Assembly: GCA_013239625.1 (NCBI GenBank) | Contig: MU054391.1 | Coordinates: 6,221,824 to 6,285,823, forward strand | DNA: 64,000 nucleotides | Source of the DNA: Lama guanicoe | Taxonomy: Eukaryota | Direction: 5' to 3' | Shown: in pieces, positions 52,574 through 63,804 of the stretch | Position numbering within the stretch: position 1 is the stretch's first letter | How the letters are laid out: each line of letters starts with the position of its first letter | The notes under the pieces: generated by a model | What the model saw: only the letters and a program-made list of their open reading frames with translations | The model's database searches: none | Told to the model about the DNA's origin: nothing | Program-made: the position numbers and the translations under genes

Positions 52574-52974
52574 TGTATGAGTCTGCATGGCTGTTATAAC
52601 AAAATGCACCAGACTGGGTGGCTTGAGTGACAGACATTGATTTCCCACAGTTCTGGAGGCTGGGAGTCCAAGATCAAGGTGCCAGCAGATCCGTTTGCTG
52701 GTGAGGGCTTGCTTCCCTTCTTGTAGACGGCCACCTTCTGGCTGTCTTCACAGGGTGAAGACAGAACCGTGGTCTCTCTTCTTCCTATAAGGACACTAAT
52801 CTCATCATGGAGGCCCCACCCTCACCATCTCGTCTAAACCTAACTACTCCCAAAGGCCCCACTTCCAAATACCATCACATTGTGTGTGTGTGTGTGTGTG
52901 TGTGTCGGGTAGGGGGTTAGAGTTTCAACACAGGAATGTAGGTGGGGAAGTGACACAACACTGAGACCATGACA
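52574..52974 (-). mobile_element. MaLR solo LTR (MLT1A-like) containing a (TG)n tract
   Basis: TG...CA ends and cacagttctggaggctgggagtccaagatcaaggtgccagcag. Perfect 5-bp TSD ACCTG (52569-52573 and 52975-52979). Confidence 0.92.
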
Positions 52975-53134
52975 ACCTGCTGTCACACTTTCCTTCTAGC
53001 AGAAATTACATTATTGCCCAACCCCCCTCCCCCAGACAGGAATGCATAAAAGTGCATCACTTTACTCATTAACCTTTCCTACCTCTTCTCTCAGGGCAAC
53101 TTCTTTGAACTCAGTCATCTGTTTACCTTATTAA

Positions 53135-54430
53135 TTGATTCACTCATTCATTCACTGAATAGACACAGACCATACAATGGGGAGCACAGGGGCCTGGATT
53201 CTGGGTCCTCAGGGCAGGGCCATGCCTTGGTTGCCATTTTATCCCCACTGCCCAGCTCAGGGTTGGGTGCCCAGTGGAAATTCCACAGTGGATGCAGGAG
53301 TGAGTCAAGGCACTCCTGCCATGAGAAACAGCCCTGCAGCAACGGTGAGGGGTGGGGAGTCCAGGCGGGGGCACAAGAACGGAGCCAGAAGGTAAGGGGC
53401 CCTGAATGCCAAGCCTTGGGCTGTGTGCCCAGAGAGCAATGGATGTAACATCATCTAAATGATTTTGGAAAGACCCCTTTGGGAGCCTAGGAGAGGAAGG
53501 ACTGGAGAAGGAGGAGACCAGAGGAAGGGAGATCCATTAGGACTTTCAGGATTACCTGGATGATCACTGCTCTGTGGATTGTTTTGGCATGTCTGTGTCC
53601 TAGTGAGCTTTGAAACCCAGTGCTCAGCCCTGAATGGTACTCTGTGGAACTGGGGAGACCAAGACCTGCCAGACCCTTTCCCTGCAGAGCCCCGAATGCC
53701 GACTCCGGTCGAGGCTCCCCTGTCCTCTGCTTCCTGCAGGAAGAGCATGGCTGGCAGCACCAGGGAAGGGAGGAGGGTGGGCGAGGCTCTGATGGAGAGG
53801 TGCTCCCGGTCCAGGTCCTACAAGCTGAGAAGGTGTCAGTCAAGCAAAAAGAGGAGGTGAAGGACATGTCGCCGAGGGGCTACTGGAACAAAGACACAGG
53901 TGCGAGAGCAGTGTGTCAGGGCAGGCGGCCAGGAGCAATTGTTCTTGTTGGAGGGAGGCCAGCTGAGGCCAGGGCTGGGGCTGAGGAGGTGGAGTGGCCC
54001 TGCCAGGCAGCTGCGCTCACCCTGGAAGGAGCTGGGGGGCGGTCTGGGTGGTGCTGGGATGCTGGCTGTGGGGAGGGCATGTCAGCAGGGTCCACGCTGA
54101 CGCATTCACTATGCGGTCGGGCCAGCTGGGCAGTGGTGTCGAGGCAGAATGGAGGCAGGAACCAGAGTGGGGACTGCTGTCACTACCTCCATAGGAGAAG
54201 CTGAAGGTGAAAAAGGAGGAGGAAATCTCCCCAAATTTAGGAGGCACAATTGAAAAGGGCTGGTGACGGCCTGGATGTTGCATGTGAGAAACAAGGACCC
54301 GGAGACACTCAGGTCCCCAGCTCAGGTGATGCCCCAGTTCAGGGAGGGCCTAGGGTGGGAGGGAAGCTCAGGAGCCAGTCCTGGACTGAGCGAGATCGAG
54401 GTGTGGACACAATGTCCACATGGAGGCGTC
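53135..54430 (-). mobile_element. Degraded L2 LINE fragments
   Basis: cattcattca tail at ~53140, then antisense L2 text (ggcctgaatgccaag, gattttggaaagaccc, ggagctgggggg). Confidence 0.55.
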
Positions 54431-54479
54431 CTGCTGGCAGGTGTCGAGGGCCAACCTGGGCTGGCCTGCATTGTATACA

Positions 54480-54920
54480 GTGAGAATTATTATCTGCACT
54501 TTATGCAAGTGAAAACTGGGGCTCAGAGAAGTGAGAGACTTGCCCAAAATAAATGGAGTGGTAGGATTTGAACCCAGGACATTCTGAGAGGCCCTGCCTC
54601 TCTGCCCTGCAGGGGGCCCTCAGCCATCTGGGCACCCATCCACCTGAGGGGAGGGGACGCCGCTCTCCATGGCCTGACACCCGCTGGCACAACTGACTTG
54701 AGTTTGTGACTCTGTGGGCCCAGAAAACCAGCCTGTCCTAGCTGCCCCCTTGAGAGAGAGAAACCTGGTGTCCTGGGGTCCATAATAGACTCACATTTGC
54801 ACAGCACGCTCCCTAAGTGCTTTCCACGGTTGATCCCATTTGAGCCTCACGACAATTATTATCCAATTTGAAGATGGGGAAGCAGAGGGCCAAGCACTTG
54901 GTGGCCGAGAGCAGAGTGAA
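54480..54920 (-). mobile_element. Two MIR fragments
   Basis: gaaaactggggctcagagaagtgagagacttgcccaa...ggatttgaacccagg, and ctaagtgcttt...catttgagcctcacgacaa. Confidence 0.7.
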
Positions 54921-55669
54921 GACTGCAGTCCAGTCTTCTGATTCCTTGTCCTGGCCTCCTTCCGCCCCATGGGGTGGGCCCCTGGAGGGGCTGTTTCACA
55001 GTGAAATGAGCTGCCCCAGTCCTGGCTGGAGCCTGGCCTTAGCCAGGCCGTGGCCCTGCTACCATCTGACAAGCCCTGGGACCTGTCCCAGCAAGACTCA
55101 GATCCATGTGGAGACAACTGTGCGGAGCGACCAGCTGTCTGCGCAGAACTGCTCCCACCATCTGAGGCACAGAGACCTGGCTTGGAGGCCGGGCTTCGTT
55201 CTGTGGCAGCACCTCCGGCGCCTGGGTTCCCGATCTGGCCGTTAAAGTCAAAATTCAGCTCCAAGGGAAAATGTGTCTGAGTTATAAACCTTTGAAGATG
55301 CAGGTTCTTAATGAAAATGCCGAGAGAAGCCAATTAGAGTGGCATGAATGGTAATCACTATAATAAGGGTAATTGAGTTGGATTTATTATAGCTGACGAC
55401 GGGCCTCTTTTTTTCCTGAAGCAGAGAAAGAAAATAACTTACCGATATTAAAACATGATGTCAGTTTTCCTTCAAATCCCTGAGAAATGGCTCGGTTTCT
55501 GGAACTTCATCTCCAACGCGAGGCTGGCAGAAAACAAGAAGAAAAAGCCCCTTTTAGTGAACTTGAACTTCTCAGGTTGGAGCTCTTCTTTTCAGAAGCA
55601 AAATCACATGAACCCAGGAGAATCTGGGAGGCAATGAGAGAGAGAGTGAGAAAAACAGGAATTGGGAAG

Positions 55670-55870
55670 TGAGACTCTATCATTGTCTGTGTGATTTAGA
55701 CAAGTTCCTCAGTCTCTCTGAACCTTAGTTTCTTCACCTGTAGAATGGGGATAATAACTAACATCGCAGGTTTGTTGGTAAAATTAAACTAAGCTAAATT
55801 ATATTAATTTTAATTAAATAAGGTATATAATATGCCTGGCAAGTGGTAGGCACTCAGTAAATGTTAACAA
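55670..55870 (+). mobile_element. MIR SINE
   Basis: ctctctgaaccttagtttcttcacctgtagaatggggataata...tgcctggcaagtggtaggcactcagtaaatgtta. Confidence 0.85.
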
Positions 55871-55939
55871 CATTCCCTAATAGTAGGGAGCTGTCTATGG
55901 GGAGAGCCCAGGGCTCTAAAAGTCCTGCCATACAATTTT

Positions 55940-56430
55940 TTTTTAACAAGATAAAAATTTATTTCTCTCTTATGGAAACTTCTACAGGTAAGTAGTCTCA
56001 GGCTGGCAGAGTGATTTTACAATCTTCAGGAATCCAGGCCTCTTCTCTCTTGTTGTTCTCTCACCTTCAGCAGGAACCTTTTCACTTCCAGGCCCAAGAT
56101 GGCTGCCAAGCTCCAGCCATCATGCCCTATTTCCAGCTAGGAGGAAGGAGTAAGGAGCGTAGTGGGGTTCTCTGATGCTCTCTTTAAAGGACACTTCCTG
56201 GGAGTCACAAACAACACTTCGCTCTCTTTAAAGGACACTTCCTGGGAGTCACAAACAACACTTTGGCTTAAAACCTTTGGACAAAATTTGTCACATGCTA
56301 CACTCAGCAACGAAGAATTCTGAGAAATGTAATCTTTATTCCAGCAGCCATGTGTCCAGCTAAAATTAGGTTCCTTATGCTAAGAAAGAAGGGGCAGGAA
56401 CACTGGGGGAAAATAGGCCATCTCTGCCCC
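55940..56430 (-). mobile_element. Old MaLR LTR (MLT1J/K-like)
   Basis: aacaagataaaaatttatttctctc; ccaagatggctgccaagctccagccatca; tgagaaatgtaatcttta. Confidence 0.55.
56177..56263. repeat. Perfect 43-bp tandem duplication (period 44)
   Basis: gctctctttaaaggacacttcctgggagtcacaaacaacactt occurs at 56177-56219 and 56221-56263. Confidence 0.97.
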
Positions 56431-59400
56431 ATTGTCCCATTTGACAGTTTTGCTGTGTGGGTTGACGGGATAATGCATGTATGCTCTTAACGTTAGTGCC
56501 TGCACCACCCCTCATTACACGGGTGCCTCCAAATCTCTCGTGTCTGTCTTGCCCGGCCTGAGTCAGACCTGAGACCAGCCGGCTCAGAGGTGGAAGTCGT
56601 GGAATGCAGAAACGAACTGGTGTTTTTACTTAGATATTTATTTGGCAGTGAGAATTTACCACATGCCAGGCACCATGGTATCATAACCTCTCCAAAAATG
56701 TAGGCTTAAAAAAAGTGAATTTTGTTTTAGAGAATGCTCATTGATGTGGGAAAATCACAGAATATTATATTCGGTTACAAAAAACAAAACAAAACAAAAT
56801 CCAGCATACAAAACAGCAGGCAGTGGGATTCAGTTATGACTATTTTTTCTGAAGTCGTCTTTATACGTTGAAAAGGCCTAGAAGAATGCAGTCCACAGTA
56901 TCACTATGATCACTCAGATGTGCGATTATGAGTGATTTTTGCCTTCTTCATCCACTTTTCCTATTTTCTGAGTTTCTCATGATCGCGGATTTCTCTCATA
57001 ATCATAGGAAGGCAGTTTGAATTATAAACTTACATTAGTGCTCGGGAAACGGTAGGCAGGAGATGGCGAGGCAGGGCAGGCGGGGCAGGAGAGGGGAGGT
57101 ACCCCCACTTCTTTGCCCCGGGCTGACTTGAGGCTTTGGGACAGACCCCTGGGGACCCAACTGCACCTCCTGCCAGTTGGAAGACGAACAGAGCGGCTCT
57201 GGGTCCTGGGAGGCCACGTGCAGGGGGAGTGTCTCGCTGCCAGCTTCTCATGAGAGAGCCCTGCGCTTTGGGCTGTGCGGCCCAAAAGCCAACTGAAATC
57301 TCAAATTTGACGTTTGGCGAGTTAACCGTTGCTGTGGGTGACGTCTCCGTTCTCCAGAGCTGCCTGCCAAGGGCTTGCTCGGCTCTCTCCCCTGGGTGGG
57401 GCTTCTCATTTGTTCTTTGCACAGGGCCTGGGGGCAGGCCTGCAGGGAAGGGTCCAGGCGCTGCTGGCGGATGGATGGTGCCTAAGAAGGTCAGCCAGAC
57501 TGAGAAGGAGGGCTGGGTCCAGGTCCCAGCTCCGGGCCTCAGTCTCCCCACCTGCGCAGCGGGAGGGTGAGCCTGTGCTTCCCGGTTCTCCCTGCTGGGA
57601 CAGTGCGGACTCAGGCTGGCCCGTCACCAGATTCAAAGTCTCTGGACTCCGAAACAGATCCACTGGCCTCCCTCTAATCACAAGAATCATTTCCCCGACA
57701 GCTTCCAGCCAACCTTTCCCCAACTGCTAAGATCATCCTTCCTGCCCAGCCAGTTCTCTCCTGCTCCTGGCCTCCCCGTGCCCTGCCCGCAGTGTGTGGG
57801 TGGGCTGGGCTCTCCCCTGGGCCCCCAGGAGGCAGGGAAGCTGGAGAGGGTGTGTGGGACGGTCTGCTTAGATTGGAGTTGGTGGGGGGAAGGTCACACA
57901 GGTCACAGAGGACCTTGAGCTGGGCTGAGGCAGCCACGCAGTCTGAAAATTAGGAGAAGCAGCTTCTGGGGTGGGACCACCTCTGACCGGCTCCATGAGT
58001 GGAGGGCACGTTTGCATCCAGTGGAGAAAGACGTCCTTCTCTGCAGGGGGCCCAGCTGGCTGGCCACTCACAGCCCTCCTCCGCCTGTGATGCCCGGCCC
58101 CAGGAACCACTCCCGGCTCTGCCGCTACGACCTGTGATGCAGAGACAGTGAAGGGAGGATGATACGGGCAAAGGGCACTTCAGACAAACGAGCAGAAGGG
58201 CACGAACCCCGCTGTGCAGCACGGGGAAACAGCATCTGGGGAGAGAGAGGCCACATGATGGCCTATGTTCTTGAGCAAGTTCTGAAGCCTCTTTGACCTA
58301 CACCTGTAGAGGTGATGCCACATTCTTAGGGATTGTGGCTAATGTACAGGAGGCTCTGGTGAGGACAGGGCCGGCCAGGGGCTCTCCACTCACCTGGCCT
58401 GCTTGTGCCGTCTCCTCCCCACCCCTGTCTCTCAGCCCTTCCCTTCACCATTTATGTTTCTAACAGGAGACAGACTCTCTCCTCCTGCTGATTCCCTGAT
58501 CCCACACGTCCCCTCAGGTCGAATTCTCTACTTTTCTCCCTGTCTTAAGTCTGAACGGCCCAGACGGTGGGGCCGCCACCAGGCTCCGCCTCCTCCTTGA
58601 CATATAAAGCCTGCATTATGTGGCCTCTGCCGGCGTGGGTCGCCTCATCACGCCCAGTGAGCCAGGAGCCACCCCTCTCCGCTCCCTGCCTTGCTGCTTC
58701 TCTCTCCCTTTAATTTGCTCACGAAGTTCCTGCCAGAATCGTTTTCTCCTGTAATCACACCGGCTGGCTGGCTCCCTCAGACCCGGGGGGCCCCCAGATC
58801 CGGCCCTTTCTGGCCCTCCCTTCCCCTCCCCGAGGGAAACATGAGCACCCGAGAGGGTCCAGCACCTCCGGGAGGAGCAGCCCGATGTCCTCAGGCCCGT
58901 CCTGCACACGTGCGCGTGCACACACGCACACACCAGTTCCCTTCTGCAGGCCCTCTCCCTGTCCTGCGCCCCACATGCCCTCCCCGACTTGGGATCGCTG
59001 GTCTCCAGCGGCCTAGAGGGCTGCTAGTTGGACCTGACTTTCCACAGATCTCTTTCCAGCTGCGTCTCCCCTGCTGCTTCCCCTACTTCCAGAATGAAGC
59101 TGGCAATTTTGTACTCACAATTGTGTCCTCTTTTTCTCAAGCAGGGCTTCCCAAATTGAATGAGCTTCAGGCCCCACAAAACCTGGATCCTCCGAGTCTC
59201 CTCCTATCTTCCACAAGCACCTCTTTCAAGGAGCATCGCCTGGAGATGCTTCCATAGACCAGCATGTCCCCTGGAATTCATTGCCCCATGTTAGCTCAGA
59301 CACCAAGGCTCGGAGAGGTTCAGAGAACCAGGCCAGTTCCAAAGCCTGTTTTCTCTCTCACTCTCTCCCCCTGCAAACAGACGGCTTGAGTGAAAAGAGT

Positions 59401-59900
59401 GGGGCCAAGGTACAAACCAGCTGACAGTTTGTTGTCTCCTCACCCCATCGCCTTTACCTCCCTGTTAGCATCACAAGTCCCTGTGCTCTGCATCACCTTA
59501 CCCTAGAAAGCTTTTTGTTTGCATATTTATGTATTTGTGTTTTCTGATCAAAGAAAGCACACAAAGGGGTGTTTATATCATGGGGTTCTTTGTTACAGTA
59601 ACGCTGTCCCTTCTTACCAGTTGAAACAGAACGATATTTAGCACAGGGTACTGGCTAGCTTACCCACTATCTGGAAGGCAGGGAACCAAGATTCGAGGGG
59701 TCTAGCCTCACTGCTGATGAGGATGGCACGTGTGCTGCTCAGCATCCCCCCCTCACCCGAAGGGATCCCCCTGCCCCACCGCCTTCAGAGCTGTGCCTCT
59801 GTGAGTCCTTGATGCCAAGGACTCCATTCCAGCAGGACCCTGGATCCACTGGTCAGGCAGAGCCATCCTTAAACCAGGCTCAGACTTCTCCGTCCACTGG

Positions 59901-60298
59901 TGTCGTGGGCTGAATACTGTCCTCACCCGAAAGATATGTTAAAGTCCTAACCCCCAGGACCTCCGAATGTGACTTGTTTAGAAATAAGTTAATTATCGAT
60001 GTAGTTAGTGAAGGTGAGGTCCCTAATCCCATGTAACTGCTTTTCTTATAAGATGGGGAGAAGCACACACACGCGCGGACGACAGAGGGATACGTCTACA
60101 AGCCAAGGCCAAGGATTGCTGACAACCTTCAGAAGCTGTAAGACGTAAGGGAGGATTCTCCCCTACAGTTTTCAGAAGGAGCACGGCTCTGCCAGCATCT
60201 TGATTGTAGATTTCTGGCTTCCAGAACTGTGGGACATTTCTGTTGTTTTGAGTCGCCCTGTTTGTGCTACTTTGTTGCAGCCCGAGGAGAGGAACACA
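59901..60298 (+). mobile_element. MaLR solo LTR (MLT1B/C-like)
   Basis: TGTCGTGGGCTGAAT...aagatatgttaaagtcctaacccc...ttctggcttccagaactgtg...CA. Degenerate TSD actgg/gctag. Confidence 0.88.
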
Positions 60299-61099
60299 GC
60301 TAGCCACAGGCACTCCCCAGCGGGACGTGGGGTCAGCCTGGGGACAGGAAGGGATGCTGCAGAAGCCGATGCCGTGGGAGGGGAGCCACCTGCCCGTTCC
60401 ACTTACCTGTGCCTTTGGGACCTTCTCAAGCCCAGTCCTGCACAATCACCTCCCCTGATGATTAACTGCTGCTGGGCGCACCCAGCCCCACAGATCGATG
60501 GCTCAGACCTCACTGAGCTCACGGTGCTCAGCACTGGGTCACGGTTTCTTGGCGTCTCCAGCAGCTGACACTCAGCCTAGGAGCTGTTTCTCAAGCGGAG
60601 AACAGTTACTTGCTGATGAGAGCATGGCTTTGCTCTGAAACGCTGGGCCTCTGTGCCATTGCCTTCGGGTCTGACACAGGCGCTTGGAGCATCCCTGGCT
60701 CTGCTGGACCATCGGGACCATTTGGCAGTGCTCCCCACATTGAGGCTTGCGTCACCCAGGAAGACCTCTCGCTCCGGCCACAGCACTGAGAGCCTATGTT
60801 CAAAATGAGACAGAGCAGCCCACGGAAATGTAACATCTGTTGTCTCCAAAATCTGTAGGGATTCACCATGCTTTGTGCCTTTTTCCTCGTGTGGGGCAGA
60901 ACGTTCATTCTGGTGGGGATATGCCAACCAGTTCCAGAAACTTCCTTCAGGTGGGAGGGCTTTATCAAGTCCTCTGGCACATGTGTGTCTTCCAAAAGCA
61001 TCTGGATGATACCTGATACTTCCTGTTCACCGGATCCCATCAGCGTGGGGTCATCATCAGAGTAGTCCAGCCTGTCGTCTTCTGAAACAATTCAAGTCC

Positions 61100-61725
61100 A
61101 GAAACTGAGGAGGACCCTGCGGGGCCTTTCCAGAGACAGTCCCCTCTGTGTCTCTGGCCTTTTGTTTGGCCTTCCCCAAGTTTTAAAGAGCAAAGTTAAT
61201 CCAAAAAGTGAGAAAATGCAGAAACAAAGGAAAATCAGTCAAGCAAGACAAAATTAATAATAGTTTAGCCATAAGACAAAGTCAAGAACCCTTAATTCCT
61301 CCGCAAAGGCTAGAGAGAATGTTCTGAGGCACAGCCTTGAGTTGTTTTACAGAAGCTGAAACCCCCACCAGGTGGAGGAGTGCACGCTGACCACCAGCAC
61401 CTGGACCCCAGATGGCTTGGAACCAGAGTTGATGACTGAGATTCCCAAAACACCACCAGGTTACCGCACCACCAGTCAATCAAAGAATGTCCATGAGCTG
61501 ATCAGGCACCCTCGGGCCTTCTCCCTCACCTAGCCCTGTAAAAACCCTTCCCCAAAAGCCATCAGGGAGTTCGGGTCTTTTGAACACGAGCTGCCCATTC
61601 TCCTTGCTTGGCTCCACGTTGGGCGCCTTGCAGTAAACACCACACTTTCCTTCACCACAACGTGGTGCCAGCAGGTTGGCTCTGCTGCATGTCAGGTGAG
61701 CGGACCTAAGTTTAGTTTGGTAACA
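61100..61725 (+). mobile_element. ERV1-class solo LTR (626 bp)
   Basis: Ends ...ggtaaCA with a 4-bp TSD GTCC (61096-61099 and 61726-61729). The 5' TG appears mutated to AG. TATA-like tgtaaaaa at 61537 and poly(A)-like AGTAAA at 61632. Confidence 0.8.
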
Positions 61726-62310
61726 GTCCCCATGGACCAAATCATGGCAAGGACTCAGAGCACCCCTGCAGTGAAGGAGAACTGTAGGCCCTGCCGGGTG
61801 AAAAAACTATCGCTGGTGCCCTCTGCATATGTGGACAGAGAAAGGGCCTTTCTACAGAAGCCACGACTGGAGGATTTTGCCCCAGCAGAGAGCACGGTGG
61901 GAACAGTGGCTGCAGTTGGAGGGACCATCTGACTAAGCTTCAACAATCCGCTGTCATCCTCCAGGACCTTCAGGCCTCTGCAGAGCCCAAATTAAGGAAT
62001 GAATCTGCATCATTTGAGTCTTCAGTGGAGAAACGACCTCTGACTTCACCAGGGTTATGGTCTTGCTTGGTTACTTTTTGGAAGAAGAGGGAGCTTCAGA
62101 GACAGACACTTAGCTGGTTCCTACTGTGACAATCTGCCTCCTGGGAGCTGGGAAGCCAGTGTGGGATTCTAATCGTACGTCCAGGAAGGTCTCCGTGGGG
62201 TGGGGTCCTGGATCCACAAGGCCCATGTATGATGGAGTCAATCAAAAACCTACTTTAAAAAAAGAAAAAAAACCCACTTTATCATTTGACTCCCACAAGC
62301 CAGCCCTGCG

Positions 62311-62438
62311 GGGCCCACACTCTTCAAAATGGTTTACCCCAGAGAACTCGCGGTGGCTTGCACCCACAGTGAGCAAAGTAACTGAAAAGACAGATCAGAT
62401 TCCCCACTGTGGGCCCTGGAATGCTGCCCGGGCCTCCG
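62311..62438. repeat. Copy 1 of a ~125-bp local dispersed repeat with a terminal inverted repeat
   Basis: About 83% identical to 63682-63804 (manual alignment: 21 mismatches in 123 aligned, plus a 5-nt indel). GGGCCCACA...TGTGGGCCC inverted repeat. Confidence 0.92.
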
Positions 62439-63681
62439 TGGTCACTGGTGGGCCACAGTCATCAGACCCTGTAACTGGTCCTCAGTCATTAGCGCTCGGA
62501 ACCAGCGTCGGGTAACCCCGCAGGGTCTCGGGTGCTCTTGCGCACTCCACAAGCCCCTGTTAATGGCCGTGGCCCCTGGGGAGACGTTAGGCAGGTCTTA
62601 CCTGTAGTGTTATCTGAGAGCACGTCCTCCCTGCCATTCCAGGGGCTCTGAGCTGGGGGGCGGGTGAAGCGCTGTGACCCTGCACCTTGGTGGCCCAGCC
62701 CAGGCCTCCGCCTGTCAGGCTCGACGTGCCTTCAGTCCCATAGACCAACGAGGGCTTCGGTGTCTGCTCACCTATTTAGGGCCAGGCATCCCGTGGTGGG
62801 TTAGCCTCTGCCTAAAGCCCCCTGCAGCCGGCTCCTCCGGCCACTACCTAGGTTCTGGGAACACGCCACCTGGCCAGGAGTTGGATGCTGCTCCCTGAGG
62901 GCCGTCTGCCACTCAGGACCCCATCATTCCCTTTGAAATCAGAGAACTGGTGGGGCCACACAGGACAACCTGCCCACCATTTATTCTCCGGAAGTGTTTG
63001 GATTCCTTGTTCCGCAGTGCTGCGAGGAATGTCTGAAAGCTTCGCTCCCTTCTCTTAGGCCAACCTTGGAGCCAGGTTCCAGTCAAGACCGAGCCAACAG
63101 CACCGCCCCCAGCTCCCGGGCTGGCCCAGGGACTCCAGAATTTTGCTAAGTGCCGCTATATTAATAAAATCAGCCTTGTCTTAAATTCCATTTCTTTCTT
63201 CCCTAATATTCTCAAATCCATTCTTACATACGTTCCCCAAGTTTTTGACAAAATAGGTTGACATTTTTTTTGGTAGTGGAGGTCACATGCCCTGTTTTCA
63301 GAAGATTGTGTTGCTCTCCCTGCATCTTGCTGGGTGATTGGTCTGAAGACAACGAGGGTGGTGGGCGAGGAAGACAGACGGTCTGCGCTTTATCAGCGAG
63401 AGGGGAGTGGCAGGGGAGCTCTGGGGGCTTGGGAAAGCCAGCAAGGCCAACATTCCCAGAGTGCCCATAAATTCCCACGCTTCCTGAGCTTTCCCATCAA
63501 TGAGCAGCTTTTCCGGAAGAGGCCTGGAGGGCGCTGAATTCACCCCGAGTTATCAGATTCTTCTCTAGTTTTGAGTCACATTAGCCGAGGCTACAAAGAT
63601 AAGCTCTCTGATTCTGTTAGCGTGTCTTGAGCCTGTCTTCTTTAATCAAACTCCATGTAATTAGGAGCAGCCGCCCCCACG

Positions 63682-63804
63682 GAGCCCACACCCCTCAAAA
63701 TGGTCTACCCCAGAGGCCTCGCGGCGGCTTGCGCCCCCGGTGAGCAAGGCAACCGAAGTGGCAGCTTCCCCACTGTGGGCCCTGGAATGCCAGCTGGGCC
63801 TCCG
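63682..63804. repeat. Copy 2 of the ~125-bp local dispersed repeat
   Basis: See copy 1. This copy is more CpG-rich and reads GAGCCCACA...TGTGGGCCC. Confidence 0.92.

Larger units (their letters stand above)
60600..63590 (-). pseudogene. Candidate multi-exon lncRNA or decayed (unitary) gene, unidentified
   Basis: Putative exons 63590-63232 (tctttgtAG| ... AAC|GTATGT), 62771-62602 (aatAG| ... CAG|GTAAGA), and from 62252/62249 (tttctttttttaaAG|TAG) running across the LTR towards ~60.6 kb. Reading frames are interrupted and I recognise no homolog. Confidence 0.3.

Noticed and set aside
53620..54204. 194-aa ORF and neighbouring overlapping ORFs
   Set aside because: They overlap antisense L2-like sequence, are GC-driven open frames and show no domain similarity.
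54601..54620. CTCF-like motifs (CCTGCAGGGGGCCC here; similar ones near 16118, 46889 and 61365)
   Set aside because: Each deviates at informative positions, and such partial matches are expected by chance in GC-rich DNA.
62311..63804. Duplicated element as a known snoRNA, vault RNA, U snRNA, mascRNA or CPEB3-type ribozyme
   Set aside because: No C/D or H/ACA boxes, no Pol III boxes and no resemblance to those sequences as I recall them. Left as unassigned.
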